Source: Planctomycetota bacterium (GTDB lineage Bacteria > Planctomycetota > Phycisphaerae > Phycisphaerales > SM1A02). Taken from it: a stretch of DNA of 64,000 nt. This document shows, piece by piece, positions 51,623-60,592 of the stretch. The stretch covers positions 7,497-71,496 of the forward strand of contig JAPLMU010000129.1 in NCBI GenBank assembly GCA_026386795.1. The letters run 5' to 3'. Each line of letters starts with the position of its first letter. Positions within the stretch are counted from its first letter, which is position 1. The translations under genes were made by a program, and so were the position numbers. The notes beneath the pieces were generated by a model. That model did no database searches and had not been told where the DNA came from. It saw nothing but the letters and a program-made list of their open reading frames with translations.

Positions 51623-52474
51623 TTGTTACGCGTGAGTACACGGTCTGAGGATACGTCCTGCTACATTTCCACGCGCGTGCCGCAGCCATTCCACCAACTT
51701 CCAGCGAGCGCCCTTGCTATCTCGCGTTCCGTGCGCCTTGCGGGCGGAACTGTGCCCGCGCTCTTGGTGCACCCATACTTTGACCGCAGCTCCGGCAAAG
51801 TGTTGCGCCCCGCGCCAGTACTGATTTGGATGCATGGACGAACTGTCACCAAGGAACTCGACCCTGGCCGCTACCTTCGACTTGCACGGGCAGGTATTGC
51901 CACCTGTACTGTTGATCTACCCGGTCACGGCGAACGCCTTGACGCCCCGCGGCAAGCGCCAGAGCAAACGCTCGGCGTGGTTGAGCAGATGGTCAATGAA
52001 CTTGATGCTGTCCTTGCAGATATTGATTCATCCGGCGAACACGCTGGCTGCAAACGCGCACTGGGCGGAATGAGCGCGGGTGGAATGGCAGCCCTGGTGC
52101 GATTGACCCGCCCACACTCCTTTGATGCTGCGGTGGTGGAATGCACAACCGGAAGTTGGCACTGGCAACAGCACCGCGCGATGTTTGATGCGGTCCGTGT
52201 CGCGGCCATGAATCCCATTGACCACCTGACGGATTGGCGCGATATTCCGTTCCTCGCACTGCATAATTCCGCGGACGAGTGGATACCCGTTGAGGGCCAG
52301 CGCGAGTTCATTGAAGCACTCCGGACTCGCGCAATCAGTCCAGAACATGTGCAATTCCATGTGTATGGCCCAACCGGCGCTCCGTTTGAGCATGCCGGGT
52401 TTGGACGTATGGCCTCGGACGCCAAGGAGCGAGTAACGGCGTTCCTGACCCATTCCCTCACCGCAGGGCCATGA
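51623..52474 (+). CDS. alpha/beta hydrolase (dienelactone hydrolase / S9 peptidase-like)
   Basis: Nucleophile elbow LGGMSAGG, HG box VLIWMHGRT, and a C-terminal His region. The start is uncertain (TTG 51623; GTG options lie downstream). Confidence 0.6.
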   Translation: MLRVSTRSEDTSCYISTRVPQPFHQLPASALAISRSVRLAGGTVPALLVHPYFDRSSGKVLRPAPVLIWMHGRTVTKELDPGRYLRLARAGIATCTVDLPGHGERLDAPRQAPEQTLGVVEQMVNELDAVLADIDSSGEHAGCKRALGGMSAGGMAALVRLTRPHSFDAAVVECTTGSWHWQQHRAMFDAVRVAAMNPIDHLTDWRDIPFLALHNSADEWIPVEGQREFIEALRTRAISPEHVQFHVYGPTGAPFEHAGFGRMASDAKERVTAFLTHSLTAGP

Positions 52475-52541
52475 CGAGTCGGTAGATTTTCAGCGATTCA
52501 AGGCGGGATGCTCTCGGAAATGCCGTATCGTCTAGACAGCC

Positions 52542-53615
52542 ATGCCTCAGCCGATTCATACGCCGACGACGATCTCCAAGCGCACCCTCCGCTCACCGGA
52601 TCCGCGCGCATTCACGATCGTTGAACTTCTAGTTGTGGTGGGCATCATCGCGCTACTCATGGGCATCTTGGTGACTGGCGTTCGCGGCGCTATCGGCAGC
52701 GCGCGCAAGACCCGTGAACTCAACGGTCTGCGCGGCGTCTACGCGGCGTGGTACCAGTACGCAAATACCTACGAAGAGCAACTGCTTCCAGGCTTCCTTG
52801 ATGAAGCGACGCAGGTGAACTGGAAGGTCAAATACACGAACATGTCGTCGGCGAACCTCAATTCGTCACTGACACAGACATACCCGTGGCGGCTCGCACG
52901 CTTCATGGATGATCCGTACGGAGTCATGATCAGTTACATCGAAGCAGAGAGTGCCGATGCCAACAGCAATGCCAGCGGCGAGTGGGATGGAGCTCCCGAC
53001 CACCCAAGCTGGATGGCAACTGCGTTCGGCGCTCCGGGTAGCACTTTGGCTCTGCAGCCAGCGTTCGCATACAACGCTTTCTACATTGGGGGTTGGTACA
53101 AGACCGCCAACAACGTTTCGTCGCCCACATACGCCGACGCCGGATGGACCACTGCCGACGGCAGCGCAGTCACCGGTCGCTTGGTGTGCACGCGGCTTGC
53201 AAATATCTCGCGCACCTCAGATGTCATCGTCTTTGCGTCAAGCAGCCTGCGCGCGCCCGGCAACTATCGACCTGGTCTGAACCCCGAGGATCGCATCCCG
53301 GGTAATTCATGGATCGTGCCACCGATGCTTGGCTCCATCGCTGTCTGGGAGCCGTTCATGGGAACGCAACAAAGCATCACGATGGCAGATTCCGAGGGCG
53401 GAACCGCGGCCTTCATGCATCAGTCAGGCATGACTGATTCCGGTGTTCTTCAGGTGAATGTCGCGCAGGGCGTTCCGGTGCGCCGACACAATCGGCTTGT
53501 GGCAACAGTCAAGGCTGACGGAAGCACGGAAAGTGCGAGCGTCGGAGCGCTGATGGATATGCGCGTCTGGATCGACGCCGCCGATCGCAGCGATTTCATA
53601 CACGCTGACAATTGA
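52542..53615 (+). CDS. prepilin-type N-terminal cleavage/methylation domain protein with H-X9-DG motif (DUF1559 family)
   Basis: RAFTIVELLVVVGIIALLMGIL at the N-terminus. The C-terminal HNRLVATVKADG fits H-X9-DG exactly. Confidence 0.85.
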   Translation: MPQPIHTPTTISKRTLRSPDPRAFTIVELLVVVGIIALLMGILVTGVRGAIGSARKTRELNGLRGVYAAWYQYANTYEEQLLPGFLDEATQVNWKVKYTNMSSANLNSSLTQTYPWRLARFMDDPYGVMISYIEAESADANSNASGEWDGAPDHPSWMATAFGAPGSTLALQPAFAYNAFYIGGWYKTANNVSSPTYADAGWTTADGSAVTGRLVCTRLANISRTSDVIVFASSSLRAPGNYRPGLNPEDRIPGNSWIVPPMLGSIAVWEPFMGTQQSITMADSEGGTAAFMHQSGMTDSGVLQVNVAQGVPVRRHNRLVATVKADGSTESASVGALMDMRVWIDAADRSDFIHADN

Positions 53616-53647
53616 ATTTCGAAACCGTCTCGCTGCGCCCCCACCAC

Positions 53648-54343
53648 TTACACCTGCTGCGGAACGCCGATCTCTGCGGGAGCACGCTCGTGGGTGTGAT
53701 TCGCGTCGGTTGACGGCTCATGATGTGGGCGCGGCGGAGGGGCAGTTCCCAAAGTGAGCTGCGCAACAGCGATCATGGTTTCAAGGCGACCGAGCGTGTT
53801 CTCACGCTGCGCGCCGTAGCCCATGAATGGGAACAGGGAAATCAGTGCAACAACCAGACCAGAGGCGGTTGCGACGAGTGCCTCGCCGATACCACCCGAG
53901 ATAGCGCGCGGGTCGACCATCGCGCCACCGCCGCCGAGCAACTCAAAGCTACGGATGATTCCCGTGACGGTTCCCAGAATTCCAAGCATCGGCGCGGCGG
54001 TGATGATGGTGGAGAGCGTCGCCATGAAACGATCCATGTGAATGCGCTCGGCTTCCACCGAACCGACTGCCACCGCGTCGCTCGCGCCATCGTTGAGGAG
54101 CGAAGTGGCAACCCGCGAGTACACCGTGTCGCTCGTCTCGGCCAACGCAGAGACGCGCATGCGGTCTCCGCGGCGAAACGAATCCATGAGCAGCACGAAA
54201 CCGCGCTTGGCCGACGGACCATTCTGCCGGATCCAATAGACCCCGCGCTCGAACGACACGGCAACGGAAACGACGCTGAGAACAAAGAGCGGCCACATGA
54301 CTGGGCCGCCGCGGTGCATGAGTGATAGGAACGTCTGGATCAT
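53648..54343 (-). CDS. MotA/TolQ/ExbB proton-channel family protein
   Basis: ATG 54343 gives MIQTFLSLMHRGGPVMWPLFVLSVVSV. AAPMLGILGTVTGIIRSF and IGEALVATASGLVVA. Confidence 0.85.
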   Translation of the reverse strand: MIQTFLSLMHRGGPVMWPLFVLSVVSVAVSFERGVYWIRQNGPSAKRGFVLLMDSFRRGDRMRVSALAETSDTVYSRVATSLLNDGASDAVAVGSVEAERIHMDRFMATLSTIITAAPMLGILGTVTGIIRSFELLGGGGAMVDPRAISGGIGEALVATASGLVVALISLFPFMGYGAQRENTLGRLETMIAVAQLTLGTAPPPRPHHEPSTDANHTHERAPAEIGVPQQV

Positions 54344-54380
54344 TGTGGGGGCTTCGCGCGGAATTTGCGTCGAGCGAAGA

Positions 54381-54386
54381 ATCATA
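54381..54386 (-). promoter_or_regulatory. -10-like TATGAT for the exbB-like gene
   Basis: The reverse complement of ATCATA is TATGAT, 37 nt upstream of ATG 54343. It sits back to back with the ispA box. Confidence 0.3.
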
Positions 54387-54396
54387 CGGAGTCCGC

Positions 54397-54402
54397 TACA
54401 CT
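54397..54402 (+). promoter_or_regulatory. -10-like TACACT, 7 nt upstream of ATG 54410 (ispA)
   Basis: CGCTACACT-ctgccga-ATG. Confidence 0.4.
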
Positions 54403-54409
54403 CTGCCGA

Positions 54410-55285
54410 ATGACCGCGCTCGGCACTCACGTAACGGATTCCCAGCTCATTAATGAGGTTGAAACCGCCCTGAATCAGGCGCTGGCTGGCCACCTCTTGG
54501 CACCCAAATTGCGTGAGGCGATGCAGTACGCAGTCCTCGGAGGAGGCAAGCGCGTCCGCCCAGTCATGACCCTTCGCGCCTGCGAGGCCGTGGGTGGTCG
54601 CCGCCAACACGCCATTCCTGCCGCTATCGCCCTCGAAATGATCCACTGCTTCAGTTTGGTGCATGACGATCTACCGGCCCTCGACAATGATGACCTGCGC
54701 CGTGGCTGCCCCACCACTCACAAGGCTCACGGAGAAGCGCTGGCCATCCTGGCTGGCGACGCGCTGACGTCCGTAGCCATGGAAATCGCGCTTGATTCAC
54801 CGGTGCGCGCTGCGGACATTGCTCGGGAGTTGGCCGCAGCGACGACTGCCATGATCACCGGGCAGGTCTACGACACACTTGCTGGATTCCCGGGAAACCT
54901 TGCCGCCGCCGAACGCCTGCGCCTCGTGCATGACAACAAGACCGGCGCGCTGATCCGGTGCGCGTGCCGGATGGGTGCGCTGTGCGGCACACCGGATGAA
55001 TCGCGCCTTCAGGCCCTGACCACCTACGGCGAATCCATGGGACTCATGTTCCAAGTGGTCGACGACATTCTTGACGAAACCCAGTCCACCGAGCACCTCG
55101 GCAAGGCTGCCGGCAAGGACCGCGACGCAGGAAAGCTCACTTATCCGAGCATCTTTGGCATCGACGAAAGCCATCGCCATGTGGCACATCTGTTGGAAAT
55201 CGCCCTCAGCGCCCTCCAACCGTTGGGGAGTGCGGCAGAACCGCTGCGTTTGACGGCCCACGCGCTCGCAACTCGGACTCGATAA
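54410..55285 (+). CDS. ispA: polyprenyl diphosphate synthase (farnesyl/geranylgeranyl diphosphate synthase)
   Basis: First DDxxD region LVHDDLPALDNDDLRRG and second FQVVDDILD. It sits directly upstream of dxs, as in the E. coli ispA-dxs arrangement. Confidence 0.8.
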   Translation: MTALGTHVTDSQLINEVETALNQALAGHLLAPKLREAMQYAVLGGGKRVRPVMTLRACEAVGGRRQHAIPAAIALEMIHCFSLVHDDLPALDNDDLRRGCPTTHKAHGEALAILAGDALTSVAMEIALDSPVRAADIARELAAATTAMITGQVYDTLAGFPGNLAAAERLRLVHDNKTGALIRCACRMGALCGTPDESRLQALTTYGESMGLMFQVVDDILDETQSTEHLGKAAGKDRDAGKLTYPSIFGIDESHRHVAHLLEIALSALQPLGSAAEPLRLTAHALATRTR

Positions 55286-55297
55286 CCACCGCCGCGC

Positions 55298-55303
55298 TAC
55301 ACT
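55298..55303 (+). promoter_or_regulatory. -10-like TACACT between ispA and dxs
   Basis: CGCTACACT lies 13 nt after the ispA stop and about 90 nt upstream of the dxs ATG. Confidence 0.3.
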
Positions 55304-55392
55304 TTCCCACCGCTCGCAAATGCCCCGTGGGCACAAGAGCGGAGCGCCCTGCTGACTATGGTCGAGCGCTGACAGGCACCCAAGACTCCCCC

Positions 55393-57369
55393 ATGAAGCT
55401 CCTCCCATCGATCGCCGGTCCCGCCGACCTCAAGAAACTCTCCATCGAACAACTGCCGCAACTTGCGGCTGAGGTTCGTCAAGCAATCTGCGACCAAGTA
55501 GCCAAGTCCGGCGGGCACCTTGCTCCCAATCTTGGCGTTGTCGATCTCACGATCGCCATGCACTATGTCTTTGACTTCGGTCACGATCGTCTGCTGTGGG
55601 ACGTTGGCCACCAGTGCTACACGCACAAACTCCTCACCGGGCGGCAGCACCTCTTTGGAAAGTTGCGTCAACGCGGCGGCATGTCGGGCTTCCCTGAGCC
55701 ACGCGAGTCAAACTTCGATCTCTTCTCCGTCGGTCACGCTGGAACAGGCATCTCCACCGCAGTCGGTGTTGCGCGCGGCGATACGCTCGGCGGCGAGGGC
55801 TGGACCGCAGACAATGCTGATGGTCGCCGCGTTGCGGTGGTCATTGGTGATGCAAGCATCGTGAACGGCGTTGCAATGGAAGGCCTGAACAATGCGGGCA
55901 CACTGCACCGCCAGTTCTTGGTGGTGCTCAATGACAACGGCATGTCGATCGCCAAGCCGCAAGGCGCGGTCGCTGCGTACTTTGATCATGTCCGTCTGAG
56001 CCAGGGCTACAGCGAGTTCAAGAAGACCGCGCGCGAGTTCGCCAAGCACATGCCGGGCGGCAGCACACTGGCTGAGATCTACCACCGTTTGGGCGAAGTC
56101 TCCAAGAATTTGGCGCATGAAGTGCACACCAGCGGCTGGTTCGAGCACTTCAATCTCGTCACCGTCGGACCCGTCGATGGCCATGACATTAAGGCCTTGG
56201 TGGATGTCCTGAATGAAGCCAAGGAATTCGATCGCCCCATGGTTCTCCACGTGAAGACCGTCAAGGGCAAGGGCTTCGAATTTGCCGAGAAAGACAGCTG
56301 TACCTTCCACTCCCCGAGCCCGTTCAGCATGCTCGACGACATGGAGAACGAAGGCTGCCGCGTTGAACTGAAGAAGAGCGGACGCTCGTTCACCGCAGCG
56401 TTCGGCGAAGCGATGACCGACCTGATGGCGCGTGATCCGAAGGTGGTGGCGTGCACCGCCGCCATGCCAGACGGCACGGGCATCTCAAAGGTGCAAGCCA
56501 AGTTCCCCAATCGCGTGTGGGACACCGGCATCTGCGAAAGCCATGCCGCTGACATGATGTGCGGTCTTGCCAAGACTGGTTGGAAGCCGTTCATGGCCGT
56601 GTACAGCACGTTCCTGCAGCGCGCGTTTGATCAGTGCTTCCAGGAAGCTGCGCTGCAAGGTCTGCCACTGCGTCTCTGCCTCGATCGCGCCGGACTGGTT
56701 GGCGGCGACGGCGCAGTGCATCACGGCTTCTGCGATATCGCCATGCTTTCCGTGCTTCCCAACGCTGTCATCATGGGCGCACTTGATGAGCCGAGCATGA
56801 AGGCCGCGTTGGAGTTCATGGCCAACTACGACGCTGGGATCACCAGTCTCCGCTATCCGCGCGAGGCAGTGATCGATCGATTCACGAACACCGCTTGCCC
56901 ACCGTTTGAACTCGGCAAGTCGCGCGCACTGCTCCGCAATGCGCGGCCAGATGTCGCCATCGTTGCATTCGGAACCATGGCGCATGAATCCGCTGAAGCG
57001 ATTGCGCTCCTCGGCGAGTACACCGTGGACCTCTACGACGCGCGATTCGCGAAGCCGATTGACGTTGCGCTTCTCAAGGATCTGCTCGGACGCGGCATTC
57101 CGGTGGTGACCATTGAAGATCACTCGATCCGCGGTGGCTTCGGCGCCTGCGTGCTGGAGGCATGCAACGAACACGGCCTCGATACGCGCCTCGTCACTCG
57201 CTTGGCGATTCCAGATTTCTGGATCCACCACGGCGAGCGCAAGGAGCAATTGGTCGATTGCGGGCTCGATCCAGCCGCAATTGCTCGGACCATCCGTGCG
57301 ATGATCGAAGGCCGATCCACCCCGACAACCGTCGGCAACGCATCCCCGCGTTCGGTCAGCAAAGTCTGA
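55393..57369 (+). CDS. dxs: 1-deoxy-D-xylulose-5-phosphate synthase
   Basis: MKLLPSIAGPADLKKLSIEQL, GGHLAPNLGVVDLT, the ThDP motif IGDASIVNGVAMEGLN, and ICESHA. Confidence 0.95.
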   Translation: MKLLPSIAGPADLKKLSIEQLPQLAAEVRQAICDQVAKSGGHLAPNLGVVDLTIAMHYVFDFGHDRLLWDVGHQCYTHKLLTGRQHLFGKLRQRGGMSGFPEPRESNFDLFSVGHAGTGISTAVGVARGDTLGGEGWTADNADGRRVAVVIGDASIVNGVAMEGLNNAGTLHRQFLVVLNDNGMSIAKPQGAVAAYFDHVRLSQGYSEFKKTAREFAKHMPGGSTLAEIYHRLGEVSKNLAHEVHTSGWFEHFNLVTVGPVDGHDIKALVDVLNEAKEFDRPMVLHVKTVKGKGFEFAEKDSCTFHSPSPFSMLDDMENEGCRVELKKSGRSFTAAFGEAMTDLMARDPKVVACTAAMPDGTGISKVQAKFPNRVWDTGICESHAADMMCGLAKTGWKPFMAVYSTFLQRAFDQCFQEAALQGLPLRLCLDRAGLVGGDGAVHHGFCDIAMLSVLPNAVIMGALDEPSMKAALEFMANYDAGITSLRYPREAVIDRFTNTACPPFELGKSRALLRNARPDVAIVAFGTMAHESAEAIALLGEYTVDLYDARFAKPIDVALLKDLLGRGIPVVTIEDHSIRGGFGACVLEACNEHGLDTRLVTRLAIPDFWIHHGERKEQLVDCGLDPAAIARTIRAMIEGRSTPTTVGNASPRSVSKV

Positions 57370-57408
57370 TCCAACATTCCTAGCCTGTCAGCCCCCGCGA
57401 GAACCACG

Positions 57409-58158
57409 ATGGCCATCCTTGTCATCCAACATTCCAAGATCAGTGACCCGGGACTCCTGGGCAATTCGCTCCGTTCACATGGACAGCGCGTGAAGATCGT
57501 GCGCGTTGACCTTGGTCAGCCGCTGCCGAATGACCTTGATGATGTGCACGGCTTGATCTCGCTCGGCGGTCCACAGTCCGCCAATGGCAATGATCCGTGG
57601 GTGAAACCTGAGCTCGAACTCATGCGCGAGGCGCACGCTCGCCAAGTCCCGGTGCTTGGCGTGTGCCTCGGTGCACAGATGCTCGCCAAGGCACTCGGCG
57701 GCGAAGTGACCACCATGACCAAGCCGGAACTCGGTTGGGTCGCTGTACGCGCCGCAGGTATCGGCGTTGAAGACGTGCTGCATGCCGGCATCGGCTGGAC
57801 GCAGTACGTCTTTGAGAGCCACGGCGAACATGTTTCGAAGTTGCCCGAAGGCGCGACGGTTGTCATGAAGGGCGACGCATGTCCCGTGCAAGCGTTCCGT
57901 GTTGGTGCACTGAGCTACGGCACTCAGTACCACCCGGAGTGGACGCGCGAGACGATCCTTGGCGAAATTGATTCTGCGACCGACGCGGAACTTGCGGTCG
58001 TTGGCACGACGAAGGCAAACCTGCGCCAAGCCACCGCCGAGCACTACCCCGCCGCCGAGCGCAACGCGAACCGCGTCTTTGAACTGGCTAATTTGCTGCT
58101 ATTCCCGGCTGGTCGCCAGCAAACTGGATTGGTTGCGCCAGGCTGGGTGCATCACTAA
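57409..58158 (+). CDS. class I glutamine amidotransferase-like protein
   Basis: VLGVCLGAQMLAKALGG (nucleophile Cys) and YGTQYHPE. Confidence 0.8.
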   Translation: MAILVIQHSKISDPGLLGNSLRSHGQRVKIVRVDLGQPLPNDLDDVHGLISLGGPQSANGNDPWVKPELELMREAHARQVPVLGVCLGAQMLAKALGGEVTTMTKPELGWVAVRAAGIGVEDVLHAGIGWTQYVFESHGEHVSKLPEGATVVMKGDACPVQAFRVGALSYGTQYHPEWTRETILGEIDSATDAELAVVGTTKANLRQATAEHYPAAERNANRVFELANLLLFPAGRQQTGLVAPGWVHH

Positions 58159-58195
58159 AAAATGCACTGCCATTCCGCCCAATAGTCGGGCACTC

Positions 58196-58221
58196 GCGGC
58201 GAGCGCTCATACGCTCGCCGC
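58196..58221 (+). terminator. 10-bp GC stem-loop GCGGCGAGCG-ctcata-CGCTCGCCGC ending at the yraN start codon
   Basis: Perfect complementarity. It lies 37 nt after the upstream stop and has no U tract. Confidence 0.35.
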
Positions 58222-58614
58222 ATGGATCTCAATAGCAACTCATTGTCGCGCGCTGAAATCGGCGCCGCTGGCGAACGCGCCGCTGCTCAGCACTTAGCTG
58301 ATCGCGGCTACACCATCATGGAACGCAACCTCCGTATCGGCGATGACGAAGCGGACATCGTTGCCCTTGCCCCGGGCGGCGCGGTGGCGATTGTTGAAGT
58401 CAAGACGCGGCGTGGACCATGGAACCCGGAGGAGCGCGTCGATGCAGTGAAGCAAGGGAATCTTGTGCGACTTGCAGCAACGCTCCATGAGCGCCCCGAA
58501 TTCCATGACCGGATGTTTCAGTTTGATGTGGTGGCAGTATCGGTAGAAGCTGAAGGAACCATCACAGTCATGCATTGGCCGCACGCGTTCGATGCCAGCG
58601 GAAGCCCGTGGTAG
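58222..58614 (+). CDS. yraN: YraN family (UPF0102) endonuclease-like protein
   Basis: GERAAAQHLADRGYTIMERNLR, EADIVAL and AIVEVKTRR. Confidence 0.8.
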   Translation: MDLNSNSLSRAEIGAAGERAAAQHLADRGYTIMERNLRIGDDEADIVALAPGGAVAIVEVKTRRGPWNPEERVDAVKQGNLVRLAATLHERPEFHDRMFQFDVVAVSVEAEGTITVMHWPHAFDASGSPW

Positions 58615-58624
58615 GCGGCGAATC

Positions 58625-59986
58625 TCAGTGCGCCGGCCCCTGTTGCGCACCCTTCATCGGTCGCAATGGATCCAAGTACCGCTCGCGCGCAATCTGCACG
58701 AGGCGAATTTCCATCTTGGTGATACTTGCACCCAGCCAGCGCTTCTGCAGCGACTGGATGTAGCGAGCCTGCTCGAGTCGCTCTTGGGTTCCCTGTAACT
58801 CTCCACGCAAGGAGAGCTGCAAATCCGTGTCGAAGATCGACATGCGCGGCGGGGTTTCTTCGCTGATCACTGCAAACCAGGTCATAGAAGTGCGCGCATC
58901 AAGTGGCTCAGAAATCATTCCCGGCTGCAGTGGCGCAATCAGTTTCTGCAGATCATTGGTCATGTCCGAAACCATCATCTTGCCGTCAGCCACGGTGACT
59001 GCGCGCCACATTCCATGCTCAGGAGTGCCCACCGCATCGGCGATCTCCGTGAAGGTCTTCTTCTCGGTAATCATGCGTTTCACAACTTCAATCTTGTCTG
59101 CCTGCTGTTCCTTGGCCAGGCGAATGCGCCCGAGGCGATAGATCGGATCAGGCTCATATGCAGCGTGGCGCTGTCGATACAAACGCTCGACATCGCGCCA
59201 ACTCACCACCACGCGCGGCTCGACTTTGCGCCGAAGAATATCGCGCGTCAGCTCTGCATTCTTTCGGAATGTCACGAACTCCTCAACGGACATCTGCATC
59301 TCATCGCGGAGTGCCTCTTCGGCACTGGCACGGTTACCGCCGCGCTGCGCAATCGTGGTCTCTTGCAAATCACGAAGCCAACCGAGCAATCCGACTTTCA
59401 TCTCTGGCGAAAGCCTGCTCTCCGCTTCGGCGAGAATCAATTCAGATTCCACCTGCTGTCGGAATGCGCGACGCACCAACGCGTCAACCTGCGTGCGCGC
59501 CGATTCTGGATTGGGGTCCTGCGAAGCCAACAGTACGGCTGCCTCGATCTGCTTAAAGATCTCTTCTGCAAAGATCGGCCGACCATTGATCTGCCCGATC
59601 AGACTTTCAACAAGCCAGCGCTGACCAACACGCAGCGTGCGCTGACTGCCCTCGTCAATGAACTGACTTGCTTCTTTCTCCGTCGTCGGATCGACCGCCG
59701 TGATCACTTCTTCCTTGCGAATGACCTTTGTGCCATCAGCAAGGGTGACGGTGCGTTCAATGTCCGTGACGCCGGGCGGTTCTACTTGCGGCAGCGGCGT
59801 TGACACCACCTCCGGTAACGGACCCTTCGGGGGCGCAGAGAACGCGCTGATATCGACATCGCGCACCGTCTGTTCCACCTCGGGGGATGGCGTGCAGCCA
59901 ACCACCACAGTGACGGCCATTGCGGAAATCGCCGCCAGTATTCGGCGGTATGTGTCGATTGGGCGCGTGCAGATCGGGTGAAGCAT
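58625..59986 (-). CDS. SurA-like periplasmic chaperone / peptidyl-prolyl isomerase family lipoprotein
   Basis: Lipobox AVTVVVGC. SurA_N-like INGRPIFAEEIFKQIEAAV. The rotamase-like C-terminal half is weak. Confidence 0.5.
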   Translation of the reverse strand: MLHPICTRPIDTYRRILAAISAMAVTVVVGCTPSPEVEQTVRDVDISAFSAPPKGPLPEVVSTPLPQVEPPGVTDIERTVTLADGTKVIRKEEVITAVDPTTEKEASQFIDEGSQRTLRVGQRWLVESLIGQINGRPIFAEEIFKQIEAAVLLASQDPNPESARTQVDALVRRAFRQQVESELILAEAESRLSPEMKVGLLGWLRDLQETTIAQRGGNRASAEEALRDEMQMSVEEFVTFRKNAELTRDILRRKVEPRVVVSWRDVERLYRQRHAAYEPDPIYRLGRIRLAKEQQADKIEVVKRMITEKKTFTEIADAVGTPEHGMWRAVTVADGKMMVSDMTNDLQKLIAPLQPGMISEPLDARTSMTWFAVISEETPPRMSIFDTDLQLSLRGELQGTQERLEQARYIQSLQKRWLGASITKMEIRLVQIARERYLDPLRPMKGAQQGPAH

Positions 59987-59997
59987 CGGGCGGGCGG

Positions 59998-60003
59998 AGT
60001 GTA
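59998..60003 (-). promoter_or_regulatory. -10-like TACACT, 11 nt upstream of ATG 59986
   Basis: The reverse complement of AGTGTA is TACACT. Confidence 0.3.
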
Positions 60004-60017
60004 CGCCGGGGGCGACC

Positions 60018-60023
60018 TATACT
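60018..60023 (+). promoter_or_regulatory. -10-like TATACT upstream of the DUF1844 gene
   Basis: TATACT lies 24 nt upstream of ATG 60048, with AAGGA in the leader. Confidence 0.3.
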
Positions 60024-60047
60024 CACTCCTTCCCCAAAGGACCACAC

Positions 60048-60557
60048 ATGATCGACCCGAACAGCCAACACTCGTCCGACGCGCCCGCCCCGAGCATCCA
60101 TGTGGACAGCGACTGGAAGGCACAGGCAGAAGCTGAGCGCACCCGCTTGGCCGCCAAGGATGCAGCGATGGATGCACGCGCTGCCGAGGCAGGAAACGAA
60201 CAACTGCCACCCGCGGAGTTCCGAAGTCTGGTTGGCTTGCTTGCGTCACAGGCTGTGATGGGTCTCGGCACGATGGCCGACCCGCAAGGCCGCGTGGTGG
60301 TCGACCTCGAAGGTTCGAAATTTGCCATGGACCTCTTGCAAGTCCTGCACGACAAGACCAAGGGCAACCTCACTCCCGAGGAGGCCGGCGAACTCGACGA
60401 AGTACTGCGCGAGCTCGGCATGCGATTCGGAGCGATCGCCCGCATGGTGGCTGAACAGATGCGCACCGCGCCCGGCTCCGTTGTCGCCGGTGCACCAGCC
60501 ATGGCGCCACCAGCCGCGGCAGCTCAGAAGCCTGTCAGCAAGTTGATTATTCCGTAA
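60048..60557 (+). CDS. DUF1844 domain protein
   Basis: FRSLVGLLASQAVMGLG...AMDLLQVLHDKTKGNLTPEE. AAGGA lies 8 nt upstream of the ATG. Confidence 0.7.
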   Translation: MIDPNSQHSSDAPAPSIHVDSDWKAQAEAERTRLAAKDAAMDARAAEAGNEQLPPAEFRSLVGLLASQAVMGLGTMADPQGRVVVDLEGSKFAMDLLQVLHDKTKGNLTPEEAGELDEVLRELGMRFGAIARMVAEQMRTAPGSVVAGAPAMAPPAAAAQKPVSKLIIP

Positions 60558-60592
60558 GAGCAGCCAAGGTCGCTTTTCAGCCAAGGTCGCTT

